64,000 bases of DNA from Pavona decussata. Its lineage: Eukaryota. How positions within the stretch are numbered: position 1 is the stretch's first letter; each line of letters opens with the position of its first letter. A program made the position numbers and the translations under genes. The notes under the pieces are model-generated. The model did not search any database and had not been told where the DNA came from. It saw only the letters and a program-made list of their open reading frames with translations. Shown one piece after another: positions 48,615-62,316 of the stretch. The stretch lies in NCBI GenBank assembly GCA_977016875.1, contig CDRNST010000025.1:2976001-3040000 (forward strand), read 5' to 3'.

Positions 48615-49526
48615 TCAAATTAACAAGGCATCTTTACTCCATATTAATTCTCGGTGATGCATAATGTTTTTTTCACTGTGCTTTTCACAATTTGACGAAT
48701 TTCTCGATATCGCCAGCAATAAACTACCGGATTTAACGACGAATTGAGAAGAACGAAAACAAGTGTAGCGTGTATAGCCAACCGCACAGAACTTTGAGCG
48801 CTGTCCGAGATAACACACGACAAAAATTACGTAGAAATACAAAGCATTGAAGGCGGACTTCTTCTCACGCAATAGTTCCATTGCTTGCGAATTTTGCTGC
48901 TGGAGTTGACTGTGGATTTGATTCTGATGATGTCTTACAACTCTGTAAACGCGAATGTAGGCTACTGTTGTCAGGAGGATTCCAACAAATTCACCAATAA
49001 CAACTACTATGGCCCTCCGACTATTAACAAGGTACAGATAAGCTGTGACAACACTTGCAATCCATATTGATACCAAGACTGTTATAACGCGCTTTGAAGT
49101 GACAAGTTCTCGGTATCGTAGATGAAGAGTAATGGCGAGAAGTCTATCGACAGCAATGGCGGTCACATTCAGAAATGATGCGCAGCCGAGAAGAAGTAAA
49201 AACAAATAACAAACAGTTAAAATTGTTGGACAGAGTAAGTCGAAGTTATGACCTCCATCCGCTGCCATCCTCAACACAACTGCATACATTAACTGTGTGA
49301 ACAACCCCACGGCAAGATCAGAGACTGCAAGGCTCAGGAAGAACTTCTTGATGTTAGGGGGAATCGATGAGGCTTTCAACAAGGCGCGAATAACAAGAAT
49401 ATTTCCAAGCGTTGCCACCGGAGAAAAAATAAAGTGTAATACACACAACGAGAGCAGCGTGGTCCTGTGAAACTGAACAAGTTGACCAAGTCCCTTTAAA
49501 TGGTAACTGCAGAACTCTTCGGCCAT
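48615..49526 (-). pseudogene. GPCR copy G: TM1-TM6 intact, deletion/frameshift replaces TM7 (303-aa ORF)
   Basis: Diverges after VVCYL. NSSLNP is present only out of frame. Confidence 0.85.
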
Positions 49527-50066
49527 GGTGAACTTAATGATTCAGTTCCAGCGATATGTTTGACAATGACAAAGACATGCCGTCTGTTTGTAACTCTCTC
49601 CAAACGTTGACACTGATACTATGAGCGGAATATTAATAGATAAACGGACGAAGTGTTCCATCGAAATATGTCTTGTGTACGACCTAAAAACTGTCGTTGT
49701 CGTTTTTTAAAATAGAGAATATCATTTGTTTCGCGACCGATGAAAATAAAGGTACGATTATGTAAGGTGAAAATGGTTAATGATTCTTTTTCATAATTGA
49801 CCACTGTGTTGTCACTATACCGCTAGGAATCAGTGAATGCATCATTGTCACTTATGGGGTTTAGCTTTTAATAAGTGGAATAACTCACATGCGGCTTGTG
49901 AGTCCATACGGTAGAAGATTTTCTAGACTTCAGGTTTGTATAGAACTTGAAATCCATCTTTTGTTCGGTAAATAAAGAGCAAGTTCCCATTATTTCGAAA
50001 AGTAATCCTTAATTTGGTGCCATCAGAACTGATATGACGGTTATTAACTTTGAAAAATATTCTTAA

Positions 50067-50439
50067 AGGGGAAGTATCACGCAGTTTGCTGCCATTTGAA
50101 AACCCAAAATTTTTTGTCTGTCAGCAGAAACAATGAAGTAATTGTCAAGCTTGTTATAAATTATCACCCCTGTGCAATAAAGCTGTCGGTTAATGCCTCT
50201 GGCCAGAGACAGAGTTAATAAGCCGGAGTGGATTGAAACTTGAAAAATATTAGGCTAATATTTTTCAAGTTCTCGTATTTTTGTTTCCAGAATGCGCTAG
50301 AACAGATCACAAGTTGTTCCTTTCAAGAACTGAGTTGATTTCTTTCCTCTTATCATTCTAGAATTATCTGGCAGCTGGTTGAAGGTCTTATTTCATCATT
50401 CTTAAGAAAAGATATCAAAAACCCCATGATACTTCCCCT
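50067..50439. mobile_element. TTAA-TSD MITE (Kolobok-like)
   Basis: ttaa|AGGGGAAGTATCA...TGATACTTCCCCT|ttaa. Empty site aatattctgaagctg at ~55480. Confidence 0.85.
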
Positions 50440-52774
50440 TTAAGCTGTAGACCCACATATTCAAATCAGGCGGCATATGTTCGGCACATATGCGTCACAG
50501 GCACAGATATCAGTAATGCTGAAAAACAGTGTTATTTTCATAACAGTTCGATGGCGGCCATCTTGAAGTGCAATGCATTGTGGGTCGTCCAGGGTATGGC
50601 CGGTAAAAAGTGCTAAGAAGCTTTGTATGAGTTTTTGTGAATTTCTTGTGGGAGAAAGTCCAAAAACATGGAATTGTCTTGATGGAACAGTGGAAACAAC
50701 TCTCTGTTGTCCTGGCTAGAAGCGAGTAATAAGAAAAACAAAACAAGTGATGAAGTTTTGGTTTTAAGTGCGAGAAAACAATGAGCCTTGAATTTATTTT
50801 GCGACAAAACTGACCGCGCAATACACGGTTTTAGCCCTTTTTTCAACCCATTATATTCTGATTACGGGTTCAGTCTGCTAAAAGTGGAGTACAAACTTTC
50901 ATCGTTTAAGCAACATGTTCCTTTCTTAGATGTAACGAGATTGATTCTATTACAAGCTAAGAGTTTTCTTGCAGTAAATGTTATTAGCAAAATAACTTTT
51001 TAAATGAAAGTTAATTAACCATCGAGGTATGACAATCTCCAAAAGGCGTGAACTCTGCACTGACCTGTTCGCGGAAAAGAAGTTCATCCAGAGGCTTCTA
51101 TTAGGCATTCGCAATTTTTATTTCCATTGGCGAGAGGGCCATACATTAATTGTCGAAAATTGTCTGTGTCATAGAAGAGTCTTGTCGTCCTGGAAAGTCC
51201 TAGAATAAACCAAAGTCCTTGAACGCAAACGCAGTCAGGACCACAAAAGAAGGAAAAAAGGAATTTTTGCTATTACTAAAAGAAAGTACTCGCAGACAGT
51301 GAGAAGAGCTCCTAGTTCGATCAAAAATGAACTTCACAAATCGGAGAAGAATCGAAAGAGAAACAACGCGATGCTTCACTTTCCTTCAGTTTTGCCCATT
51401 GTTGGCTATAATACGCGTATACAGAAGCAAAACAGAGTAAACTTAACCACCATACCTTTCTCGCAAATTTCAATATATATTGTTTCGTTACGAGTCTCTG
51501 CAGGGACTTCCTACGTTGTTGTCCATTTGTCAGCGGCGTGAACTTGTTGTCAACTGCTGTAATAAGGTTCGAAACCTATGCAAGTCAGTCTTTGGCGCTA
51601 AAAACGCAGGGTTTGTTTGTTGTGCATTATTCCCTGTATTTTCAAATTATTTAATGGGGTATCCCGATTTATGAAATGTTCCTCACACATTATATGTAAA
51701 TCTACCAAAGTTTGTCAGGCTTTTGCCAAATTCAAAATGGCTTTCTTATGCAAATCGTCCCCGCACGTCACAGTCATCGAGGATATTATTTCCTTGTCAA
51801 ACTTTACAAGGGATTTTCTCAGTAACCAATGGGAATCCAGTTTGTTGGGATGCTTGGCATTGACGTGAGAGCTGGTAATTCATTAAAAGCTCGCATGTCA
51901 GTTTTGCGTTTCATGGCTCGAGCTTGGCTACGAAAGCAAAACTTTAAAAGTCGCGTTATTTTGAAATTTTAAAGTTTATTTGCCTGACAGTGATATATAG
52001 TTTTCTAGTGTTTCTATAGAAACAGCGCGAATACACATTTCATTTTCGGAAAACCACCTGCAAAGGTTTGGAGCATTCTTTATACTATATTCAACACTCA
52101 GTTGAATAGTAAGGGAACATTGATCCCATGAGCACCGGGAGAGAAATATTAAGTGATTTTTTTTTTTTTTTTAGAACAAACTGTATTTAAAAAGTTTCTA
52201 ACGGCTTCTCTAAAATACAACGGAAGAGCTCGAACTCGACAAATTGGCCAATTTTTAAAGTTGTAATACATTTCCACCCTGGCCATCTGCAACCAAATAT
52301 ATTAATAAATACTGCCTTCTGTGCACTAGTGGGGTGACTGTTGACAAGGCTCAACCATTATATTGACGTTTCCATCGATACAAATATATTTTTCGACCAC
52401 TGAAAGTGACACTAAAAGTAGCTAACATTTGAATCTATCGGCAAGTGGTGAAACTACTGCACACAATACAAGAAGATAGAAGGTGAAAAAACATTGAAAA
52501 TTTCCTATTACCTTTAGAGCGAACGATCAACTGCCTTACGCAACATTCATTCCTCCAGCCCTTCACCAGAATTTATTTCATTAAACAATACGGAGAAATC
52601 GTGAAATGTTCATTTAAAAATAAGTTACCCAAAAAGAAGGAAGTGTTAAATACAAATCCAGTCTTGATGTGCTCAACTTCCTAATTTGCATTTTAGAGAG
52701 AAACTAAATAATCGTAACAACGATCAGGATAAACTAACATTAAAAACGTGTTAAATTTTACATTTTAACATATT

Positions 52775-53538
52775 TACATCCAATGTACAGTTTGGCAGTC
52801 TCAGATAAGAATTTCTGCGCAGCAATGCTCATTTTTAAGTTTCCCCATAGATTTTAAGTTTTCGTATTTTATGCAGTGCTTTAAAAATTTGCTTGTACAC
52901 AAGTTTTAACTTTAATTAGTATGGTATTGTTTTCTTCCACATTTAAGCACCCGTTCATGACCAGAGGACCCTAGAAAAAGCACACTTGTTCTTCTCCCTT
53001 TCAGGCATTTGCCTACAGGCTTCTCTCCACCCGGTGCACAAACTCCATAAGGTCGCTTAGCAGCGCTTTTCATTTTCAGTCTCTTGCGTAGCTTTGCTTC
53101 TACCTTCAAACTCCGTTCAAATTTTCCTGTCAACTGTAAGCCTCCAAATACCGGCAACAGTTTTTTGTGAGTGTCGTTGACGTTGCCTTTGGCTTGATCG
53201 GTTTGACTTTGCAGTTCTCTTATTTGTCTGTTCGTGAATTCACTCACATGGAAGTGAAGTTCTCGTTGAAAGTTTTTGTTTCAATCCAGACTCCTTATTC
53301 CTCGAAACCGAGTACCTTGGTTTGCAGACCTGTTGCTGCAAAATTCAGTTCTTCCGTTTTAGTCTTCAGGTCAGATAACCTTGAAATCACTTAATCAATT
53401 TTGGTGCCGAGGTAGTCCATAACCATATCTCAGTGGCCAGATATTTTAGCCAAAGAACACGATTCTTTAAATCCACTAGAGAAGACTCTGCCGATGTGAA
53501 AGAAGAAATAGTATTTCTCGGTCCTTCCTTTTTGATGT
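52775..53538 (-). pseudogene. Decayed LINE ORF1p-like sequence downstream of copy H
   Basis: ORF 52912-53247 is homologous to 27253-27540. Confidence 0.62.
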
Positions 53539-53668
53539 GAAAAAATAAAATAAAATAAAATAAACGGTCAAATGCGACGTCAGATTAACCGAGCTTCACT
53601 ACATTCAAGTCCCTCAGCTTAATAACTCGCAATGTAAGTTCTAATTAACAAGGTATCTTTATTCCATC

Positions 53669-54586
53669 TTAATTCTCGGTGATGCGGAATATTTTTTTCA
53701 TTGTCCTTTTCATAATTTGACGAATTTCCCTATATCGCCAGCAGTAAACTACAGGATTTAACGACGAATTGAAAAGAACGAAAATTAATGTAACGTAGAA
53801 AGCCAACCAAAAAGACAATTGAAAGCTATCCATTATAAACAATATTTTAGAGCAAAAATTCGGAAGATAACAAACGAGAAATATTACGTAGAAATGCACA
53901 GCGTTGAAAGCGACCTTTTTCTCCCGGAATAGTTTCATTGCTTGCGCATTTTGATGCTGGATTTGACTGTGGATTTGATTCTGATGATGTCTTACAGCTC
54001 TGTAAATATAAATGTATGCTACTGTTGACAAGAGGATTCCAACAAATTCAACGATCACAACTACTATAACATTGTGTATATCAAGCGAAACGAACAGAGA
54101 AGCAGCGGAGCCACTGGTGAGCCAAACTGATACTAAGGCTATTATGACGCGCTTTGACGTGACAAGTTCCTGGTATCGCAGATGAAGAGTAATAGCGAGG
54201 AGTCTATCGACAGCAATGGCGGTTACATTCAGAAATGATGCGCAAGCGAGAAGAAACAAAGAGAAATAACAAACAGTCAAAATTGTTGGACAAAGTAATT
54301 CAAAGTCATGTCCTCCAGTCGCTGCGATCCTCAACACCACTGCGAGCATTAACTGAGCGAACAATCCCACTGCAAGATCAGAGACAGCAAGACTCAGGAA
54401 CAACATTTTTATATTAGCGGGAATCGATGAGGCTTTCCATAGGGCGCGAATAACAAGAATATTTCCAAACACTGCCATGGGAGAAAAAACAAAGTTTAAC
54501 ACACACAGCGAGGACACAGCAGTTCCATGAAACTGCACAAGTTGCCCAAGTCCATTCAAATAGTAAGAGCAGAACTCTTTCGCCAT
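53669..54586 (-). CDS. Class A 7TM GPCR copy H, intact, 305 aa
   Basis: All 7TM motifs present. Confidence 0.95.
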   Translation of the reverse strand: MAKEFCSYYLNGLGQLVQFHGTAVSSLCVLNFVFSPMAVFGNILVIRALWKASSIPANIKMLFLSLAVSDLAVGLFAQLMLAVVLRIAATGGHDFELLCPTILTVCYFSLFLLACASFLNVTAIAVDRLLAITLHLRYQELVTSKRVIIALVSVWLTSGSAASLFVSLDIHNVIVVVIVEFVGILLSTVAYIYIYRAVRHHQNQIHSQIQHQNAQAMKLFREKKVAFNAVHFYVIFLVCYLPNFCSKILFIMDSFQLSFWLAFYVTLIFVLFNSSLNPVVYCWRYREIRQIMKRTMKKIFRITEN

Positions 54587-55512
54587 GGTGAACTAAATGA
54601 GAGTAATAACCAACACCTGTAAGCTAACTGCATTAAATAAGGAATTAATACAACTGCATACTGCGTTTTGTATAATATGACCTTAAATAAGTGCGCTTTA
54701 TTGGTTTTTTTAAACACGTCCTTTTATATCTGCATGCAAATTTGGTAAATTTTCCGACGGAGTAACATTTGTCTACGGATCGTGTTTCGAGAACAGCTTC
54801 TGCTTCCTCCAAATACATGCCGTCTGTTTGTAACTAGCTCTTCAAACGTAGACACTGATACTATGAGTGGAATATTAATAGATAAACTGACGATGTGTTC
54901 CATCGAAACATGTCTTGTATACGATCTAAAAACTCTCGTTGTCGTTTTTTTTAAATAGAGAACATTATTTTTTTTCGCGATTGCTGAAAGTAAAGGTACG
55001 ATTATGTAAGGTTAAAATTGTAAAAGACCTTTTTTGGCGTTTTTTCATTAAAAGTCTCTTTCATAATTGACTCATTATACCGCTTGCGACAGTAAATGAG
55101 TGAGTTCGGTTACATCAAGGACTCTGTTTATCGTCGAGCATCTGCTCCTTTTGTCACTCATGGGGCTTCTAATAAGAGAATCTCTCACGTCCGGCTATTG
55201 ACTCTATCTCAGTAGAAGTTTTTGTAGACATCAGGCGTGTATCTGCGAACTCGGAATCCATCATTTGTTCGATAAATAAAAAGCAAGTCTCCCTTATTTC
55301 GAGATAAGAGGAGCTTAAATAGCGAAGATCAATGAAAAGCTACGTGAAGAATCAATATTGTTGTTTTCCATAGCTATTAGTTCTTTTACTCAGTCATTTA
55401 TACAAGTAAGCATCCTTCGAAAATTAATCCTTAATTTGGTGGCAACGAAACTGATATGACGGTTATTAACTTTGAAAAATATTCTGAAGCTGTTAATCCA
55501 CATATGAAAATC

Positions 55513-56812
55513 TAGCCTGCAGTGCAGGCGTTTTTCATGGGCGAGCGCTGAATAATAAATTTACTTCGCGTATTTGAAGGAGGCTGAGGGGGAGGGGGCA
55601 GGAAAGAGACTTTTAATGAAAAAACGCCAAAAAAGGTCTTTTACAATTTTAACCTTACATAATCGTACGTTTACTTTCATCAATCGATCTAAAAACTCTC
55701 GTTGTCGTTTTTTTTTAAATAGAGAACATTGTTTGTTTGCAGAACCCGTACACTGGATAGACGGGGGCTCTGATTGGTGCGGTAGGTCACATATTGATTG
55801 ATACCTGACAATCCACGGCAGATCGGTCCGCATGTCATTTCATTCCAGCTCCACTAGCACTGTGCTCAATGAAACCGTGTCTTTCAGAAATTGGAATATC
55901 ACTTGAATTGAGCTCCGAACAAAAAGATATAATTTTTTTCACTGTTTTCGAGACAAGATATATTGGCAGATTTTCCTACCGCCTTTGGAAAAAGCCTTAC
56001 CTTTCCGTTGTCGGTTCGACTGAAGGGCATTTAAATTGATTTTATCGAGCAAAAGTGCTGATGCAATCCTTGTCTGTCCGCTGAAAAGTGCTGTGAAGAA
56101 GCAACTTCAATGGGACTAACAAAATACGGATACCGACAAAAAGATATTGAGGATGCAAAAAACCGTTTATCCTTGCTTCAGCGGAGGAGTACTGTCCGAT
56201 TTTTCGATCGCCGAAAAAGATTGATACGCCAGTTGACCAGCAGCTTTGTGTGATAACTGTGGACGACTCGCATACTTTTCAGTTGGACCGGGTAAAGGTT
56301 TGTATTCGCAGAGCCCCGAATAAAACTTTGAACTGATCTGTGTTTGATATTCTGTATTTGACCTATGAGGCGCACAGCGTGACACTTGTAAATCTTCTGA
56401 AAGCGAACGCAGAAAATTCACTTTACTAAATCTTCTGAAAGGAAACGCAGAAAATTAACTTTACTAAATTTACTTTATTTTATTCTTTATTATTTCATGA
56501 TTCTTTTTATTTTGAGACAGAGACAACTTCCACTTTATTATGCTTGATTTCAAAGTAGAAATTTAGATCACGCGAAGTACGTGACCTGACTGCACAAGCT
56601 GTGATGAATGAAGCCGGAAATGCACTGATCAAGCGGAACCGTATTTTTCCCTCCTCTCCCCCTCTCCCCTCCTTTATTTCTCAGCTAGTCGTCCTCTCCC
56701 TTAGGGTCACTTTTGACTCGCTCCAGCCCTCTCGCGCTTCCTCGCCCAAGATGACAGCAACGAAGGATTATTCAGCGCTCCCGCTCCAAAAGTACGCCTG
56801 AATTGCAGGCTA
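55513..56812. mobile_element. Academ-like non-autonomous element without TSD
   Basis: TIRs TAGCCTGCAGTGCAGGCGT / ACGCCTGAATTGCAGGCTA. The two flanks come from distant parts of the repeat unit. Confidence 0.7.
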
Positions 56813-56871
56813 GTCATTTAGCTAAATTACTCACAATGCAAATTCTAATCAACAAGGCACTTTATTCCATC

Positions 56872-57699
56872 TTAATTCTCGGTGAACCGGAATATTTTTT
56901 TCACTGTGCTTTTCATAATTTGACAAATTTCTTGATATCGCCAGCAGCAAACTACAGGATTTAACGACGATTTAAGAAAAACGAAAAAAAAAAAATGTCA
57001 CGTAATTAGCCAATCAAAAAGAAATTTGACTGTTATCTATTGTTAACAATAACGTAGTGCAAAAATTTGGAAGATAACATGCGACAAAAATTACGTAGAA
57101 ATGCACAGTATTAAAAGCGGACTTTTTCTCCCGGAATAGTTCCATTGCTTGCGCTTTTTGCTGCTAAAGTTGGCTGTGGATTTGATTCTGATGATGTCTC
57201 ACAACTCTGTAAATATGACAGTACGCTACTGTTGTAAAGAGAATTCCAACGAATTCAACGATCACACGTACCATAATATTGTGTATATTAAGCGAAACAA
57301 ACAGAGAAGCAGTGACTCCACTAGTGATCCACATTGATACCAAGGGTATTATGGCGTGCTCTGAAGTGACAAGTTCCTGGTATCTTAGATGAAGAGTAAT
57401 AGCAAGGAGTCTATCGACTGCAATGGCGGTCACATTCAGAAATGATGCGTAAGCGAGAAGAATTAAAGAGAAATAACAAACAGTTAAAATTGTTGGACAG
57501 AGTAAGTCAAAGTTATTACCTCCATTAGCCGCTATCCTTAGCACCACTTCCACGGGGCGCGAATAACAAGAATATTTCCGAATGCCGCTACGGGAGAAAA
57601 AGTAAAGTGTAAAACACACAATGCAAACAGGGCAGTCCTGTGAAACTGAACAAGTTGTCCAAGTCCATTTAAACGGTAACTGCAAAACTCTTCATCCAT
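56872..57699 (-). pseudogene. GPCR copy I, TM2 deleted, stops and frameshifts
   Basis: Deletion junction at ~57549, stop after HSQL, poly-A slippage in TM7. Confidence 0.9.
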
Positions 57700-60574
57700 A
57701 GTGAACGTCATGATTCAGATCCGGCGATGTGTTTCACAAGGGAAATGTACCGCAACGTGTTTGTAATTCACTCCAGTGTCACAACCGACAGCTGTAAGTT
57801 AAATTTATGGAATAAGGAATTAACGCAGCTGCATACTGTGTTTTTTTATAATATAACTTAGATAAGTGCGCGCCTTATTGGCTTAAACCGGTCTCTTCTT
57901 AATGTCTCTATGCAAACACGGTAAATTACTGACAGTTATAAAAAATAAATAAAAGAATGAAAGAACAGCTTCGTGCGTATTTCTATAAAATAGAAGGAAT
58001 GTTTCTCGAAGTAAACATTTGTCAACGATTCGCGTTGCAACAAGAGCTTCTACTTCTTCCAAAAACATGTAGTCTGTTTGTAAGGTTTGCCTTCAAATGT
58101 AGAGTCTGATATTGTGGGCGGAATAGCGGCAGATAAACAAGTGATGATGAAGGGGTCGGCATCGAAACGTCATAAATTCGATTAAAAAATTATCGTCTTT
58201 TTTTTAAATAGCGAATACTATTTGTTTCGCGATCAATCTAAGTAAATGTATTATTATATAAGGTAAAAATGGTTAATGACACTGTTTTGGCGTTTTCTCA
58301 TAAGATGTCTCTTTCACAATTGACTCCTGTATACAACTCGCCTCCGTGAATTTATTATTCAGCAGCATGATGGACTCTCTTTATCGTCGAGCATAGGCTC
58401 CTTTTGTCACTCATGGTACTTCTAATAAGTGGAATCACTCACGTTCGGCTTGTGAGTCCATACAGTAAAAGATTTTCTAGACCTCGGGTCGGTGTATAAA
58501 ACTTGAAACTCATCTTTTGTTCGGTAAATAAAGAGCAAGTCTCCTTTATTTCGAGATAGGAGGAGTATAAATAGTGAACATCGATGAAAGGCTATCTGAA
58601 GAATCAACAATGCCGCTTCCAATAGGTCTTAGTTTTTTTACTCAGTCTTTTATATTACTTAGTATCCTTCGAAAAGTAATCCTTAATTTGGTGGCAGCAG
58701 AACTGTTATGACGGTTATTAATTTTGAAAAATATTCTGAAGCTGCTGGTCGACATATGCAAATCAGGCGGCATATATTCTGCGCATGTTCAGCACTTACA
58801 CAGATATGATGCACATAAACAATGATATTTTAGCAGCAATTCAGTGGCGCCAATATTGAATTACAATGCATTCTGGGGCGTCCAGGGTTTGGCCGGAAAA
58901 AAGACAAAGAGGCTTTGTATGGGATTATGAAAATTTCTTGTGGGAGAAAGTCCAAAAACATGGAATTGTCTTGGTGGAACAGTGGAAATAACTCGGTGTT
59001 GTCCTTCTAGAAGTGAGTAATAAGAAAAACAAAAGAAGTGATAAAGTTTTGGTTTTTAAGTGGAAAAAAACGGAGACTTTCATTTATTTTGCGGCAAAAC
59101 TGACCGCGTAATACACCGTTTTGGCCCTTTTTTTCAGCCCATTATATTTTGATTACGGATTCCCTGCTAAAAGTGGAGTACAACCTTTTATAGTTGAAAC
59201 TACTTGATCGTTTCTTAGATGTAAAGAGGTTGATTCTATTAAAAACTAAAAATTTGCTTGCAGCGCTTTGGAGTTGTGTGAGTCTTAGCGGAGGGCGCCC
59301 ACCCAAACTGTGTGGCTAACGTGTAAGGCCCTTTTTGGTTGCTAATTCTACGTTTGTTGAGATCACGAATTCCTCTTTTATTGAAGATACAACTTTCATT
59401 AAAGCAACCATTTTTCAATAAACTGAATTAAGGCTATTCCAAAGGTTCGTGGAGATACCTTTAGGGAGAAAAACTATTTTCAGCCAAATTAAAGTTCAAT
59501 TATAAATTTAACAGTTTAAAAACAAAAAACTGAAATCCTCAAAACTGCGCATGTACGTGAGTAAAATAACATTTTAAATGAAAGTTAATTAAACATCGAG
59601 GTATGACAATCTCAAAAAGGCGTGAATTCCCCACTGACTTGTTCGAGGAAAAGAAGTTCATCAGGTAGCTTCTATTTCTCATTCGCATTTTTTGTTTCCT
59701 TGTCAAAAATTGTGCTTGCCATAGGTAGGATTTTGTCGTCCTGAAAAGCCCTAGAAGGAACCAAAGTCCTTGAACACAAACCAGAACGAAGCCAGGACAT
59801 CAAAAGTAAGAAAAAAGCACTATTTGTAATGACAAAAAAGAGAGTACTCAAAGACAGTGACAAGAGCTTCTGGTTCGATCGATTATGAACTTCACAAATC
59901 GCAGAAAAATCGAGAAAGTAACAACGCGGTGCTTCACTTTCCTTTAGTTTTGCCCATTGCTGGCTATCATACGCGTACCCAGAGGCAAAACAGGGAGAAC
60001 TTAGCCGCTATGCTTTTCACGCAAATTTCAATAGATTATTTTGCCACAAGTCTCTGCTGGGAGTTCCTACGTTGTTTTTCATAGGCTTGATCTCGTTGAT
60101 AACTGCTGTAATAAGGTCTGGAAACTATGGAAATCAGTCTTTGGAGGCAAAATAGGCACGTTTCCTGTTAAGGATAATCCCTGAATTTTCAAGTTAAGTA
60201 CTAGTGTTTCTCGATTTACAAAATGTTCCTCACACACATATAAAAATAGACCAAAGTTTGTCACGCTTTTGGGAAATTGAAAATGGCTTTTTTATGCATA
60301 TCGTCCCCGATCGTGACAGACAGCGACTAAAATTCCATTGTCAATCTTTGCAAGAAATTTCCTCAGTAACCAATGGGAATCCAGTTCGTTGGGATGCCTG
60401 ACATTAACGTGAGGGCTGGCAATTCAGTAAAAGAACACACGTTCATTTTGCGTTTTATGGCTGGCGCTCGGCTACGAAAGCAAAACTTTAAAAGTAGCGT
60501 TATTTTAAGATTTTAAAGTTTATTGGCTCTACAACATGTTTTACAGTGATATATAGTTTTCTAGTGGTCCTATA

Positions 60575-60779
60575 NNNNNNNNNNNNNNNNNNNNNNNNNN
60601 NNNNNNNNNNNNNNNNNNNNNNNNNNNNNNNNNNNNNNNNNNNNNNNNNNNNNNNNNNNNNNNNNNNNNNNNNNNNNNNNNNNNNNNNNNNNNNNNNNNN
60701 NNNNNNNNNNNNNNNNNNNNNNNNNNNNNNNNNNNNNNNNNNNNNNNNNNNNNNNNNNNNNNNNNNNNNNNNNNNNNNN
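60575..60779. other. Assembly gap (N run)
   Basis: About 205 Ns. Confidence 0.99.
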
Positions 60780-61424
60780 TTTGGAATATTCCTAATAGTG
60801 TATTCAACACTCAGTTGACTAGTAAGCGAGCATTGATCCCATGAGCACTGGAAGGGAAATATTGAGTGATTTCTTTGAGGAAGAGCATACTGTATTTATA
60901 AAAATTGGCCAATTTTTTCAAGTTGTAATTTATTTTCATTCTGGCCATCTGCTACCAAAGATATCAATTAATACTGACTTCTTCCCACTAGTGGGGTGAC
61001 TGTTGACAAGGCGCAACTATTATTTTGACGTTTCCATCAATACAAATATATTTTTCGACCATTTAAAGTGACACTAAAAACAGCTTACATTTGAATCTAT
61101 CGGCAAGTGGTGAAACTACTGCACACAATACAAGGCGATAGAAGGCAAAAAAACATTGAAATTCTCTCATACCTTTTGAGAGAACGATCAACTGCTATAC
61201 ACAACATTCATTCCTCAAGCCCCTAACCAGAATTTAGTAAATTTAAGAATAAGGAGAAATCGTAAAATGTAAATTTAAAAATACTTAACCCAAAAAGAAG
61301 GAAGTGTCAAATACAAATCCAGTCTTAATGTGTTACCACTTCCTAATTTGCATTTTAGAGAGAAACTAGATAATCGTAACAACTAACATTAAAAACGTGT
61401 TAAATTTTACATTTCGACATATTT

Positions 61425-62200
61425 ACCATCAATATACAGTTTGGCAGTCTCAGATCAGAATTTCTTCGCAGCAATGCTCATTTTTAAGTTTCCCTACTGA
61501 TTTCAAGCTTTCGTATTTTATGCAGTGCTTTAAAACTGTGCTTGTACACTAGTTTTAACTTTAATTAGTATCCTTGAGTTTTCGTCCACATTTGAGCACC
61601 CGTTCATGATCAGAGGACCCTAGAAAAGGCACAGTCGTCAGTTCTTCTTCCTTTCAGTCACTTGCCTACAAGCTCCTCTCCATCCGGTGCTCAAAACTCC
61701 ATAAAGTCGGTTACGTCGCTTTTTATTTTCACTCTCTCGCGTAGCTTTTATTCCACCTTCAAACTCAGTTCAAATTTTCCTGTCGACTGTAAACCTCCAA
61801 ATTCCGGCAACAATTTTCTGGAGTGTCGTTGACGTTGCCTTTGGCTTCATCGGGTGACTTTGCCGTTCTCTTATTTGTCTGTTCGTGAATTCGAACTTTT
61901 CACATGGAAGTGAAGTTCTCGTTGAAAGTTTTTTTTTCAATCCAGACTCCTTATTCCTTAAAACAAGTCACCTTGGTTTGCAGACCTATTACTGCAAAAT
62001 TCAGTTCTTCCGTTTTAGTCTTCAGGTCGGATAACCTAGATATAACTACAAATCGATTTTGCTACCGAGGTCTTCCATGACCATATCTCAGTGGCCATAT
62101 GTTTTAGCAGAAGAACACGACTCTTTAAATCCCTTCTTCATTGGAAAAGAATCCGTCGAACTGATCGAAGAAATAGTGTTTCTCGGGCCTTTTTGCTGTG
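61425..62200 (-). pseudogene. Decayed LINE ORF1p-like sequence downstream of copy J
   Basis: Homologous to the 27 kb and 53 kb copies. Confidence 0.6.
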
Positions 62201-62316
62201 CAAGATGATCAATGTTCAAATTCGACGTAAGGTTAACAGAAGTTCACGTAATCCAAGTCCTTTACCTTAATAAGTCACAATGCATATTCAATTTAACAAG
62301 GCATCTTTATTCCATC

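Noticed and set aside
60541-60818. ORFs spanning X runs
   Set aside because: Artefacts of the N gap.
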